Positions 45,879 through 58,629 of a stretch of 64,000 bases of DNA are shown here, one piece after another. A program made the translations under genes and the position numbers. Under the pieces are notes generated by a model. That model was not told the origin of the DNA and made no database searches. It saw nothing but the letters and a program-made list of their open reading frames with translations. This DNA comes from Octopus vulgaris. Taxonomy: Eukaryota. The number at the start of each line of letters is the position of its first letter. The first letter of the stretch is position 1. The stretch covers positions 27,466,001 to 27,530,000 of the forward strand of contig OX597828.1 of NCBI GenBank assembly GCA_951406725.2. Reading direction: 5' to 3'.

Positions 45879-47368
45879 CACACATATACATATGTATTGA
45901 CAGATAGCTCTATTTTCATATTTATGTATATATCTATGTCTATCTACCTATCTGTTCATACACAAGCACACATATAATCTGTAAATAATTCTATCCAACC
46001 CAACATGCATTGTTGAAAATTTATAGCTATGTTTAATTCTTTCATTCTTTCTATTTCTTATCCCCAACCTTCATTCCTTCATTCATTCATCTATTCATTG
46101 ATTCATTCATACAAAAGCTTCTCTCCTATTTTTCTTCTTCACTATTTGTACACATTAAACTGAACCCATCCCCACTTAAATATTTTAGGGGATGAAAATT
46201 TTGTTATAGTTTATTTCATTCTTTTTTTTTACTTTCATTTGGGATAAGATTTAATTTTGATTTTTACTTTTATTTTTTTTATTCATTTTCATTGGGTGGG
46301 GGGATTTTATAGAATTCAAGTCACTTATTTGTTTTTTTTTTGTGGAAGGTTTTGGTTTTTTTCGGGGTTTTTGTTTGTTTTTTGGGCGGGGGGGGGGGCT
46401 TTTTTTTTTTTTTTTTTTTTTTTTTTTTGAGACATAAAGATTCAAAGAATGAATGACAAAACTTGTAAGAAAGAAGACTGAGTGTTGGGGAAGAAAGATG
46501 TAACTACTGCATGGATTTTAGGGGATAAGAGAGGAAGGTTCCCTTATTTTTCTCATAACCATATGAAAATTTCCCACTCTAAAAGGATATACGACTGTGT
46601 GTGCAACATTTTATTAATTTCATTTTTATATGCAGAATATAAATAAAAATTCTTTATTCATTTTTTTTTGAAGAAAAATTTTTCAATATTTCTCTGCGTG
46701 TGTAAATGTACATAGGTAGGTCTGTATATACATACATTACATTATTATATTCTTAATCACTTTTATATTTCTTGTTATGTTGATTTATTATTTCTTTATC
46801 ATTTCTCTGTTAATTATCTTATTTTACAATCATCGGCTCATTATTCAATATACCCACATGTAGGTAGAATGGGATGTGGAAAGCTCAGAGATTGGTCAGC
46901 TTATTGTCTACATCATCATTTATTTTCATATTTTTTGAAATATTGTTTGTCCTGGCAAAGAAACTCATGTAATTTTAGATGGCCCTTTGGAATTGGAGTA
47001 GGAAGGAAGGGAGTTAATGATGTTTGGGTGGGTTATTGTTTCAGGAAAAAGTGGGAACAGACCCAAAAAACACCCAGTTGTTTTTTTGTCTATTTGTGGG
47101 TATTTTTGAAATGTTTATCATCATCATCATTATTATTATTATTATTAATATTTCACAGTTTATTTATTTTTTTCATTACTCAGTTAACCTCTTCCACCAT
47201 TACGATTTTGTGTTTCTGTGGGAGAAGTTGACGTATGTCAAGCCATGCCAAGTACCTTCAGTGGACAGCTAGACAACAGCATGTCAGTCATAATGACAAT
47301 ATAACTCATCACTCACACAATGGAAACGACTCCTCCCTTCTATTTTGGATAAAGAAAATAACAACAGC

Positions 47369-47545
47369 AATAATAATAATAATAATATTAATAAAATAAT
47401 GATAATAATAATAATAATATTAATAAAATAATGATAATAATAATAATAATAATATTAATAAAATAATGATAATAATAATAATAATAATATTAATAAAATA
47501 ATGATAATAATAATAATATTTATAAAAATAATGATAATAATAATA
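47369..47545. repeat. Minisatellite of about 30-36 bp, (aat)n-attaataaaataatgat, five copies
   Basis: Directly visible tandem units with variable (aat)n length. Confidence 0.9.
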
Positions 47546-48314
47546 GTAATGGTGATGATGATGCAGAAGAGATGGAAAAAATTTGCAAAGATATAAATAA
47601 GCTAAAGTGTTTTTTGTAAATCCTTCCCTACATTTCTTGGTCCATTTTACCAATTCTTCTTCCACTTTTCACTTATTTCAAAAGTCTATTTTACATAAGA
47701 TGTTTTATTTTCTCTCTACTGACTCAGACTGTATTTAATTAACCTTTTTTTTTTATTCCATATGTTTCTTAGAATTTTTATTATATTCTGTCTGTATATG
47801 TATGTGGGTGTGTGTGTTCACTTTAATCCCTTTTCTCTTTCTCTCTCTCTCTCTTTTCATTATTCAGCATGTCTTCTCTTGAATCAAAGATTTTTTTTTT
47901 CACCCATAACAGAATGAAATAAAACTTATGAATTTTCTTTGGGGAAAAAAAAATGTCAAGAATTTTCTTTCTATGATGAAAAATACATAGCGTCTTAAAT
48001 TATGATTTCCAAATTTTTTTAAAAAACAAACTTCTTTTGCTGCATGTATGTATATGTGTATGTATGTATGTATGTATGTATGTATGTATGTGTGTATGTA
48101 TATATGCATGTATGTATGTATGTTTGTATGTATACACTTAAACTGTAATAATATAAATTAAATTGCTGTCTACATAGATTCGCTTTTCAAAACTCGATTT
48201 GGATGACCCATTTTGTCAGTATGACCGCACACCCTGCTACCAATTACTGGTACTAATGGAAATGAACAACACTGACAAAGCATTTATTATGGGTTACCTT
48301 TTTTCGTAATTTTT

Positions 48315-49160
48315 TTTACTTGTTTCAGTCATTGGACTACAGCCATACTGGGGCACCACCTTCAAGGAGCCACTCAGACAAAGAGACCCCAGTACTTGCT
48401 TTTAAGTCTGGTACCTATTTTATTAATCCTTTGTGCCAAGCCATTATGGGAGTGTAAACAAACCAATAGCGGTTGTTAAGTGATGCTAGGGGACACTTAT
48501 ACCCACATATACACCTTATCCCACCCATATCTATGTGCCTGTTTATACATCATCATCATAGACTCGTTCTCTATACTGGTATGGGTTGGATGGTTTGACT
48601 GGATCTAGCCAGCTGAAGATCTGCCCTGACTCCAGATGTCTGTTTTGGCATGGTATCTACTGCTGGATACCCTCCTTAAAACCGACACCTTTACAGAGTG
48701 GACTGGGTGCTCTTTAAATGCAGCACCAGCACTCATGCTTTTTACATGGCACCAGCTCCCACAAACCTGTGAGATTAGGATCACTCACCTGAAGAGGGGT
48801 GCAGGGGACAGCCATGATTTTACTCAGCTTGATGTGTCTTTGCAAGCATAGCTAAGTGCCAGGAGTCTCAGTCCCTTGTCATTCCCTTTGTGAAGCCTAA
48901 CATCTAAAGACCCTTTCTCACCACTTCATGCCACAGCTTCCTGGGTCTACCCCTTGCACATGTTCTGTTCCCAATTAGAGATCAATCTGTATGTAGACAG
49001 ATAGATAGATAGATAGCTATAGATATGGTGAACTTCCACTCAGTTTCTTCTAGCCAATTCACTCAAAAGGCTAAGTTTGATCAGCCGAGGGCAATGGTTG
49101 AAGACACATGTGCAATGGTATTGTTGCAAAGGGAGCTTCTTCACCATACAACCATACCTG
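48315..49160 (-). mobile_element. SINE family A split by an RTE 3' insertion
   Basis: Tail part at 48315-48495 (tacttgtttcagtcattggact...), head part at 49025-49160 (...gagcttcttcaccatacaacc). Confidence 0.75.
48548..48972 (-). mobile_element. RTE LINE 3' end including the ORF C-terminus
   Basis: Minus strand encodes TCARGRPRKLWHEVVRKGL*MLGFTKGMTRD*DSW, typical of an RTE C-terminus, followed by the shared 3' UTR and a (GAT)n tail. Confidence 0.85.
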
Positions 49161-49690
49161 CATCACAGCCATACATGCACTACAGCCATACCTGTACCAC
49201 AGCCATGCCTGCACCACACCCATACCTGCATCCCAGCCATACCTGCACCACATCCATACCTGCATTCTAGCCATACCTGCACCACAGCCCTACATGTGCC
49301 ACAGCCATACCTGCACCACAGCCATACCTGCACCACAGCCATACCTGTGCCACAGCCATACCTGTGCTACAACCATACCTGTGCCACAGCCATACCTGTG
49401 CCGCAGCCATACCTGCATCACAGCCATACCTGCACTACAGCCATACCTGTACCACAGCCATACCTGCACCACACCCATACATGCATCCCTGCCATACCTG
49501 CACCACACCCATACCTGCATCCCAGTCATACCTGCACCACAGCCCTACCTGTGCCACAGCCATACCTGCACCACACCCATACCTGCACCACACCCATACA
49601 TGCGCCACAGCCATACATGCACCACAGCCATACCTGCATCACAGCCTTACCTGCACCACAGCCATACCTGTGTCACAGCCATAGCTGCAC
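49144..49690. repeat. 17-bp minisatellite CACAGCCATACCTGCAC, about 32 copies
   Basis: Directly visible; source of ORFs 49077-49754 and 49108-49722. Confidence 0.95.
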
Positions 49691-49934
49691 TATCCTTGAA
49701 AGAAAAGAAATGCATCACCTAATAAAGTACTTTAGTATGGAAGTAGCAAAGTAAAATTTTTTTTAATGACATTAAATTTGTTAATCTCAATCTCAACTTG
49801 AGCTCTTCCTGGAAATAAGAGAAAACAATAAAAAAAAAAACAAATGAAAAATCAAACTTGCTAACAGGGAACTTGTGTCATCTTTTTACTGGTTAATTTT
49901 GCTACAGTTTACATCATGGGAGCTCACAACTTAA

Positions 49935-50149
49935 CCCTTTCGTTACCAACCCGACTGAAACCAGTTCTGGCTCTGAGTACAAATGCCTTGTTTTCATAAG
50001 TTTTGAATTAAAATCTTCCACCTTAGTCACAATTTATGTTCCTAACACTAGCTTAATGATAACTAAGTAATTTTACTTAATTCTTTGTTATATTTAAAAT
50101 AATTGAAAGAAATACAGAGCATCTTAAAATAAATACAGTAATGAAAGGG
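49935..50149. mobile_element. piggyBac-type MITE, copy 1
   Basis: TTAA|CCCTTTCGTTAC...GTAATGAAAGGG|(T)TTAA. Confidence 0.85.
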
Positions 50150-50393
50150 TTTAAAGCTTTTGCTGCAAAAATCACACATATTCAATCAAAATTTCATTAT
50201 CTTTAACTAAAAAAAAAGCAGTTTTATATACAAATCTATCCCTTGTTGTAGAGTGTCATGTTTGAAACTATTTTATGTTGAGATACATCAACATTACTAA
50301 GGCAGCATGACTTGCAGAAAATACCAATTCTATTTTTTAGTGGATATTTACCATCATAACTGGAATGACCATGAAATTTAATTTCACAGTTAA

Positions 50394-50621
50394 CCCTGTC
50401 ATTACCAACCCAGCTGAAACCGGCTCTGGCTTTCAGTACAAATGTCTTGTTTTCATAAGTTTTGAATTAAAATCTTCCACCAAATCTTAGTCACAATTTA
50501 TGTTCCTAACACTAGTTCAATGATAACTAAGTTATTTTACTAAATTCTTTGTTATATTTAATGTAATTGAAAGAAATACAGAGCAGCTCAAAATAAATAC
50601 AGCAATGAAAGGATTAAAGGG
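50394..50621. mobile_element. piggyBac-type MITE, copy 2
   Basis: TTAA|CCCTGTCATTAC...GCAATGAAAGGATTAAAGGG|TTAA; body closely matches copy 1. Confidence 0.85.
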
Positions 50622-51119
50622 TTAATGCACTTTTAAACTGTAGTGTTTAGTCGCTTCCTCAGAATCATTATACCTGAGATGCAAGGTAAATTCCTGAATC
50701 ACCTGAGGCATCAATTATTGCTGATTTTGCACTGTGTGATACTGTTGTCTTTCCCCGTACATTTGAAGCATCAGTTCTGAAGTTTATAGTTCAAGTCATA
50801 AATGTCAGTTGCCCTCCAGGTTTAATGATTTATGTGTGAGGGGAAACATTAATTAATGATTGGAGGTCTTCCATCAACAAGAACCTGGAAGCAGGGTAAA
50901 CAACTCCAGTGTTAGTTACCCAGTTATCTATGTCACTTTCCAGCAAGGAAAGGTATAAAAATGATGCTTAAAACTGACAGTGGGAACCATCTTGAAACAA
51001 GGCTAAAGAGAAACAATAGTGGCTCCAGTATGCATCATTTGCATTTAAACACATTGAAGAATACAATTTGGCCCTGCATCTTAGCTATGCAAAGACGGCT
51101 TTTATAAGACAGCCGTAGA

Positions 51120-51216
51120 AGCCATACCAAATCTGCCAGCCCTGATCAAACTATCCAACCCATGCCAGCATGGACAACAGAAGTTAAATGATGATGATGA
51201 TGATGATGACGATGAT
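51120..51216 (+). mobile_element. Short RTE 3' end
   Basis: tccaacccatgccagcatggacaacagaagttaaat followed by (gat)n. Confidence 0.75.
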
Positions 51217-51574
51217 ATTGCTATGGTTATTTCACCATATTGTATCAAGAGAAATTATATGGTTCTCTATGCTGATGACTTCAGAGGACAGCATAACCAA
51301 CATTTGATCTTCTTTAGACCCAATGACAGAGTCAATGCCACTTCCTTGTCATATTTCATTTGGAAACTTAGAAACCAAAGACATGCTTTCCTCACTGTAA
51401 CCTGAAACATTGTTGATAAAGCTCTAGTAGATTCTGGTAGATTGTGTAATTGTAAAGTTTGGCTTTGTAACAAACTGCAGGTCTTGAAACAGTCTGTTAT
51501 GTTCTTCAGAAAATTGACCATGATTTCTAATTGATGTTACTGACTTGGAAAATTATGGCTTCAAGTTTTGGCTC

Positions 51575-51730
51575 AAGGGCAGCCATTTTAGGGGAAGAGT
51601 GCTGGTCAGTTACACTGTGCCCAGTACTTGATGGATATTTTATGTTATCAACCCTGAAAAGATGAAAGACTGAGTGGACTTTGGTGTGAATTGAACTCAG
51701 GACATAAAGTGTCAGAAGAAATACTGCTGT
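51575..51730 (-). mobile_element. Degenerate SINE family B fragment
   Basis: cccagtacttga...tcaaccctgaaaagatgaaag...gaattgaactcag. Confidence 0.6.
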
Positions 51731-52164
51731 ATATTCTTGTACCCCAATCCCCTGCTAATGAAAATTAATCATGGCTATCTTGTTTCCCTTTCATCTTAGT
51801 GGTACTTTCACAATCTAATCATGCCTCATCATGACTTATGCCAACAATCTGCAACAGTTTTTATATGACCCAGCTTGTCCAATGGGAACCTGGCATGGCT
51901 TTAACCAATAATGAACCACCTTTCAATCCAAATATGGACTGAAAGGCTTCCCTCATCAAAGACATTTCATTCATCAATTACACACATGCTTTGCCTTGTG
52001 CCTTTAAAACTCTGAGTAACACTCATGTACACGCACACTGCAATACTAATAACCTGGTGTAGAACTCAATGTGCAATTCTTTAGAATGAATTGTTAGTTG
52101 AGTACAGAGTGGTAATAAAGAAGAAGAGATGACAAAGGAATTTACAATTGTCTTATGAACGTCA

Positions 52165-52248
52165 TTAGCTTACAGCTGTTTCTACTATTAGGTGGTGGGC
52201 TCAGAGTTGAGTGCCTGAGTAATACCTTACAGTTTCATCAAAGACTCC
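52165..52248 (-). ncRNA. Degenerate type I hammerhead-like motif with long stem II
   Basis: Minus strand: gtct-TTGATGA-a-actgtaagg...ctcag...ctgag...cctaatagt-a-GAAA-CAGCTG-TA-ag; palindromic stem III ACAGCUGU; C3 appears as U. Confidence 0.45.
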
Positions 52249-52729
52249 AACATGAAGTACACTATCCTATTACTCTGTGACTCTCTCCCCCTCACTCCTA
52301 CTTCCTTGCTCACGTGGCTCCCACATGGCCATCAGCCATCTTTCTTTCACTCCATTGTAGCTGGAACAAGCAAGATGTGTTCTCATCTGTCTCCTGTCCT
52401 AGCTTGATTTACATGTTCACCACCACAACCTCATTTAGGCTTTCCAGCCCTTCCTGTTTGTTTTCATTGTCCTGTTTGTGCTACCAGTTTTGATCCTCTA
52501 CAAAATCGCAAATTTTATTTAATTTGCTTTGTGGGAGCAACTGTTTTATCGAAAGCATATATTATGGTTAAATGCTCGAAATTTGAGACTAGAAAAACAG
52601 CCAACAACTGATGAAGGGTCGGTCTTTATGTTGTTTTGTTTTCCATTTGTGCCTTTCGGTGTTTGAAAGAATAGTTTATGTTCCATGTACTCATGCTTCG
52701 TACTTTTTGGTTGTACACGTTTTGTGATG

Positions 52730-53125
52730 TCATCATCATCATCATCATCATTTAGTGTCCGTTTTCCATGCTAGCATGGGTTGGACGGTTTAACTGGGGT
52801 CTGTGAAGCCGGAAGGCTTCATCAGGCCCAGTCAGATTTGGCAGTGTTTCTACGGCTGGATGCCCTTCCTAACGCCAACCACTCCGCGAGTGTAGTTGGT
52901 GTTTTTTACGTGCCACCTGCACAGGTGCCAGACAGAGCTGGCACAACGGCCACGAACGGATGGTGCTTTTACGTGTCACCGGCACGGGGCCAGGCAATGC
53001 TGGCAACGGACACGAACGGATGGTGCTTTTACGTGCCACCGACGCGGGGCCAGACAGAGCTGGCAAACGGCCACGAACGGACGGTGCTTTTACGTGTCAC
53101 CGGCATGGGGGCCAGCCGAGGCTGC
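52730..53125 (-). mobile_element. RTE 3' end with four roughly 60-bp internal tandem units
   Basis: (cat)n tail; unit ggtgcttttacgtgccaccggcacggggccag...ctggcaacggccacgaacggat. Confidence 0.9.
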
Positions 53126-53256
53126 GCCCACATATGCATATACATATATATATATATAATAATAATAATAATAACAATAATAATAATTTGAGGGAATATT
53201 ATTCCTAACTTACAGGGAAAAATTCAATTTAGAAAAGCTAAATCAAAATTCACAAA

Positions 53257-53300
<44 letters not shown>

Positions 53301-53534
53301 GAAAAAAACCACCTTTTATCAATTCAAAATGAAAAATTAAATTACACCAGCTAGAAAATTACATATAATAGAAATATTAAATATAAAATAACAATAATAT
53401 ACTGGTGATTAAGTAATGTGCAAAATGATAATCCGTTATGCCTGTATATATTGTGTGTGTATGTATGTGCATATGTATATCAATAGTCAAAGACATTTGA
53501 TCAAGAGATGTAGGTATGTACATATATGTATATA

Positions 53535-53607
<73 letters not shown>

Positions 53608-53898
53608 AAAGGATGTGTTATAATAGTATTCCACAGCCATACCAACAATCCAACATACCTCCATCATCAGCTGCCTCACGGATATCATTATGGTTTCAAT
53701 ACCTGGGCAGTACCATTCAATTCATATATGTGTGTTAGCATTTAATGTATCACACAAACATTACTCAATGTTTTGTCAGTATTAAAGCTTATATGTTGAT
53801 CAAATATCTTTGATTAGTGATATAAATATGTGCATACATACACCCATAATATATACAGGCATAAAGGTTTTATATATATATATATATATATATACATA

Positions 53899-54105
53899 CG
53901 AGTCTGAGTCAGGCGCCATGATAGATCGTTAGCCACTACACACAGTGTTCTTCTCTCCTTGTTTTTTCTGTGTACCTTTCTGTAGAAGAGCATAGGCTCG
54001 AAACGTAAACGACTTTTTCTATTACTGAGCGCTATACTAATACATATGTTTGTTTTGTACACCACCTGTCTTCGTCTTTTGCTTTTTTTCGTAAACTTTC
54101 CCTTT
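53899..54105 (+). mobile_element. Repeat family P copy with hammerhead-like core at 53976-54011
   Basis: Close match to 1396-1575. Confidence 0.7.
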
Positions 54106-54231
54106 ATACATACGCTTATATAGATATAAGTGTGTGTATATATAAAGTGTGATATGTGTGTGTATATATATATATATATACGTTGAACAAAATGAATAAT
54201 AATAATAACAATAATAATAATAATAATAATA

Positions 54232-54400
54232 ACTACACTCACAGAGTGGTTGGCGTTAGGAAGGGCATCCAGCCGTAGAAACACTGCCAGATCAGACTGG
54301 AGCCTGGTGCAGCCTTCTTGCTTCCCAGACCCCGGTTGAACCGTCCAACCCATGCTAGCATGGAAAACGGACGTTAAACGATGATGATGATGATGATGAT
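54232..54400 (+). mobile_element. RTE 3' end
   Basis: gtggttggcgttaggaagggcatccagccgtagaaac...ggaaaacggacgttaaac followed by (gat)n. Confidence 0.9.
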
Positions 54401-55577
54401 TTACTTGCACTCCCACACACACACACATATATATGTGTATTAGATTTTGTGAAACAGCTTTATAAGCACTTCTCCAGTTTTAACTTTTCATATTTAGACT
54501 TCTTTTTATATATAATTTTTCCCATTATCAAGGCATGATTTAATCAGTAATGCAATGTTAAATTCTGTCTTACTTATGGGACACTCTGTATGCACACATG
54601 TGTGCACATATATGCACATATATGTATATATATGTAATGCATAAACATATGATATGATAAACCATTGCACACCCAAACACATGCATGTATTTTTTTTATA
54701 TGACTTGATATGCTGCATGCAGATCATTGCTATTGAATATATCATCTCGTATCTTGTTTGCGATGTGTTGAACCCCCACTCTCACCGCAAACATAATTGC
54801 ATGCATGTAAATAAAATATAGTATAAATATTTGGAATAACTGCAGCAGAAACTTCGAGCATTAAAGACAAAAATCTTAATAACGGCATCTGATGAAAAAA
54901 TACAAACAATATTACAGTATTCTTTTAGTCTTTGGAAATGTGAGCTATGAAGATAGTCTTGCATTAATTTTAACTTTGACTTCTGGGTTCTGGTGCCAAC
55001 AAATGCAAAAGAAACTGTGACAAAACGGTAGCTGTTGAAAGCAAATAATATTTTTGCATATTAAGTATTCATGAATTCTACAGCTGAAAAAGAGAGGTGA
55101 AGATATTTCAGCAGCATATTCTCCAAGAGAGTTGTTTGCTCTCAGTTCTTTCCTTTTGATCATTAGATTAGGCGCAATTAAGTTTACAGTTTTACACTTG
55201 GAACTTTCTCACCCTTGAATCATATGTTGCAAATTAGATGGTAAGGTTCTGGATAATCGAGTCGACACAGACTGCAGACGAGAAAGACGTTACCTGAAGG
55301 TGTGCCCTGGATAAACTTGATACATGTGCTTTGAGCACAGATTAAAATAAATAAAAACAACAACAAAAAAAAAAAACAAGAAAAAAAACTAAAGTAAATA
55401 AATAAATAAATAAATAAAAACACTGGAACTTGCAGCTTGCACACATGAAGGAAGAGAACAACAACAACAAAGCTGACTGCACAACAAGCTGCATTTTTTG
55501 TTTTTTTTTGGTTTCTTTTAGATTGTGCGCTTAAATTTATTAGTTTTTTTTTTGCTTTACTTCTTTGCCACTAACGT

Positions 55578-55778
55578 TACCACTACTGCTCACCACCACC
55601 ACCACTACTACTGCTGCTACTACAACTATCAGCATCACCACAACTGCAAACACTACTGTTGCCAGCTCCATCACCACCACCACTACTACTACCACTACTA
55701 CTATTACTAGCACCATCACTGTTGCTGCATTTACTACTACTACGACCACCACCACCACCATTACAACCTCTACTACTT
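55578..55778. repeat. (ACT)n/(ACC)n low-complexity tract
   Basis: Directly visible; explains the poly-T, poly-H and poly-V ORFs. Confidence 0.9.
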
Positions 55779-56094
55779 GTTACATTATTAATACCATCAT
55801 GTTTTTTTTTTTATATGTATATTTATTCTTTATTGAAAATGAGTTTTATTCAACTAAAGCAAGAAGTAGGGTAATGGCCGTCTGACTTTTGTAATGAAAA
55901 AATGAGAGATTATTTGGAATTTTGAACTGAATGAAAGTTCTAACAGTGGTCGGCCCTTGAGCAGGTCCTGTGCATGTTAACTTTCTCTAGCACACTCTGT
56001 ACAACCTGGAAGGACCCATACCCTCCCCTGCTACTGTTAAGTAGACTACCGAAATGACATATACGTCCATGACTTGACTTGGGACGAATAGCCT

Positions 56095-56415
56095 GGCATT
56101 CCATCAACTACGATGACGAGGGTTCCAGTTGAATTGATCAGTGGAACAACCTGCTCGTGAAATTAACATGCAAGTTAAGCTGAGAACTCCACAGACATGC
56201 ATACCCTTAATGTGGTTCTGAAATAGATTCAACGTGACACAAAGTGTGACAAGGTAGGCCCAGCGTATTACAAGTACCACTCATTTTTGGCAACTGAGTG
56301 GACTGGAGCAATGAGATATAAGGTGTTTTGCTCAAGAACACACCACACCTCTGGGAATTGAAATCATGGTCTTGTGATTCTTCGCTGAATACCCAAGCCA
56401 CTAAGCCATGCATGT
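56095..56415 (-). mobile_element. tRNA-derived SINE family D (CORE-like plus Nin-like central domain)
   Basis: Minus strand tggcttagtgg (A box), atttcaattcc (B box), gtgttcttgagcaaaacac, then acttgcatgttaatttcacgagcagg. Related head fragments at 56556-56670 and 59855-59965. Confidence 0.7.
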
Positions 56416-57883
56416 TCACTTGGGGTGAATACTGGGGTGGTTTCCTGTTGCCTTCTCCAGGCAAGTAGGATTTGAACTCAGAATGTGGAGAGCTGGAAGA
56501 TATATCATAAAGCATATCTGCTGATGCAACAATGATTCTGGCACTCTCCAACCCATTAGAGAAATGTGAAATGAAGTGTTTTGCTCAAGAACACATGCTG
56601 ACCAGTCTGGGAATTGAAACTATGATCAAGTGGCTGTGAGGGCAACACTCTAACCGCTAGGCAACATGCTTTTACTAAACTGGCCACATCTGAACTAAAT
56701 ACTCTACTTGTGTTATATTCACAGTGGCCAGATTCAAGCATTTGCACCTACCCTTACCCTGCAATTTTCTAAAAATAAGCAAGCAATCATACCATTGAAA
56801 TTTCATAGTTACAAATGTTATTAGCTTAATTATAAAACAAATGTTAATTATCTTATTAAATCCTCCCAAAGTTTGCATTGTTTTATAAACTCATTTAAAA
56901 CATAAGGACAGTATATTTCATGAGAATTAAAGAGTTAAAGCAACTAAATATAAAATTTATTCTTTGAGTTAATAAATTTCAAAATAGAACATAATGTTCT
57001 TGAGAACTGTCACTCTCTTATCACAGAAAAAAAGATGGCAAAATACTAACAAATGTAAAGACTGGCCATTCTTTAACCATCAAAAGTATTTTTCACATTC
57101 ACTGGGCTGTTTAAACACATTTTACATTTCCTTATAAAAGAGAAAACACGTGTGTCATTCCTCAGTTAAAATAATGGAGTTGACTTGTCAACTTTACTTG
57201 GTCTGTTAGGTTTATCCATATCAAATAATCCAAAGCAATTTGTTGACTGAAAATTTCACATGCAGCAGAACTTTCAAAGAGCTTAAAACCTTCAGTTCTG
57301 TTAATTACAAACTTTCGTTTACTTCATCTTTAATTAGCTACATTATGTAGAGACAAAATAGCTAAGTGAATAAGTTGTCTGATTACGAGCTCTTGAATCA
57401 TAATTTCACACTTCTGTAGTCTATGTATTAGGACAGGACTCATGCTTCGGTTGACATGGCTAAAGAAATACATATTAGATCTTCTAGGAATTAGTGAAAT
57501 TCTTCATTCCTCTGTTTCAGGTTTCAAATCTGGAAATAAGCACCAGTTTTAGGAGCTCTTTCAGTTTGTGGCGACACAACTGCATTATATGTCCTCTCAT
57601 ATTCATTATAGGATGTTATAAACTAAATGACATAAAATGTTTTTTAGCTAAAATAGAAAAAAAAAATATCATTTGAAATGTTTTTGAGTTATTTAGCATA
57701 TTTATTTGTAATTCCTTATGAATATAAAATATTCACTGCCTGTTCTCTCTTAAAAGTATATCTTAATCACACTTTACCTAAACAGTTTTAATAAGATGAA
57801 AAGCTTATATCCTTTTTTTCTTTCTTTTTTGATTCTTAGATTAAATTTAATAACTAAACCTCACATTTAATAACTAAACCTCA

Positions 57884-58069
57884 CAGGAGTGGCTGTGTGG
57901 TAAGTAGCTTGTTTACCAACCATATGGTTCCAGGTTCAGTCCCACTGCGTGGCACCTTGGGCAAGTGTCTTCTACTATAGCCTTGGGCCGACCAAAGCCT
58001 TGTGAGTGGATTTGGCAGACGGAAACTGAAAGAAGCCTGTCGTAGATATGTGTATATATATATATGTGT

Positions 58070-58108
<39 letters not shown>

Positions 58109-58325
58109 AGTGTGTGTTTGTGTGTCTGTGTTTGTCCCCCTAGCATTGCTTGACAACCAATGCTGGTGTGTCTATGTCCCTGTTACTTAGCGGTTCGGCA
58201 AAAGAGACCGATAGAATAAGTACTGGGCTTACAAAAGAATAAGTCCCGGGGTCGAGTTGCTCGATTAAAGGCGGTGCTCCAGCATGGCCACAGTCAAATG
58301 ACTGAAACAAATAAAAGAGAGTAAA
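57884..58325 (+). mobile_element. Near full-length SINE family A
   Basis: caggagtggctgtgtggtaagtagcttg...ggttcagtcccac...gaaacaaataaaagag. Confidence 0.92.
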
Positions 58326-58629
58326 GGAGATATGCTCACCTCTCTGCTCATCTTCACTTCCTTTCTTATACTCACTTCCCTGTACCTTGGGAGTTTGCTC
58401 ACAAACCCCTACTCCCACTCCTCTCTACATAATGTGTGATAATTCTGTATCCACTCTACAGCAAGACTCTTATGTCTGTTCGTTCTGTCAGACTTCAACT
58501 TCCAACTCTTTACAATAAGCCACCTCCCACCCTCATCCTCGAATACTCCCCTTACTTAATGGCAGAATTTGTTTTCCTTTTTCCATGTTATTTTTTCCCC
58601 CGTCTTGCAAATTACTTGGCAATGTCACG

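Noticed and set aside
49077-49754. 225-aa repetitive ORF, or a CRISPR-like array
   Set aside because: It is a head-to-tail 17-bp minisatellite with no unique spacers, and the unit length is not a multiple of three.
52897-53125. CRISPR-like repeat/spacer appearance
   Set aside because: The intervening segments are homologous to each other and belong to a retroelement 3' UTR; the context is eukaryotic with no cas genes.
55565-55885. Thr-rich mucin-like ORF
   Set aside because: It is a trinucleotide low-complexity tract open in several frames, with no convincing exon boundaries.
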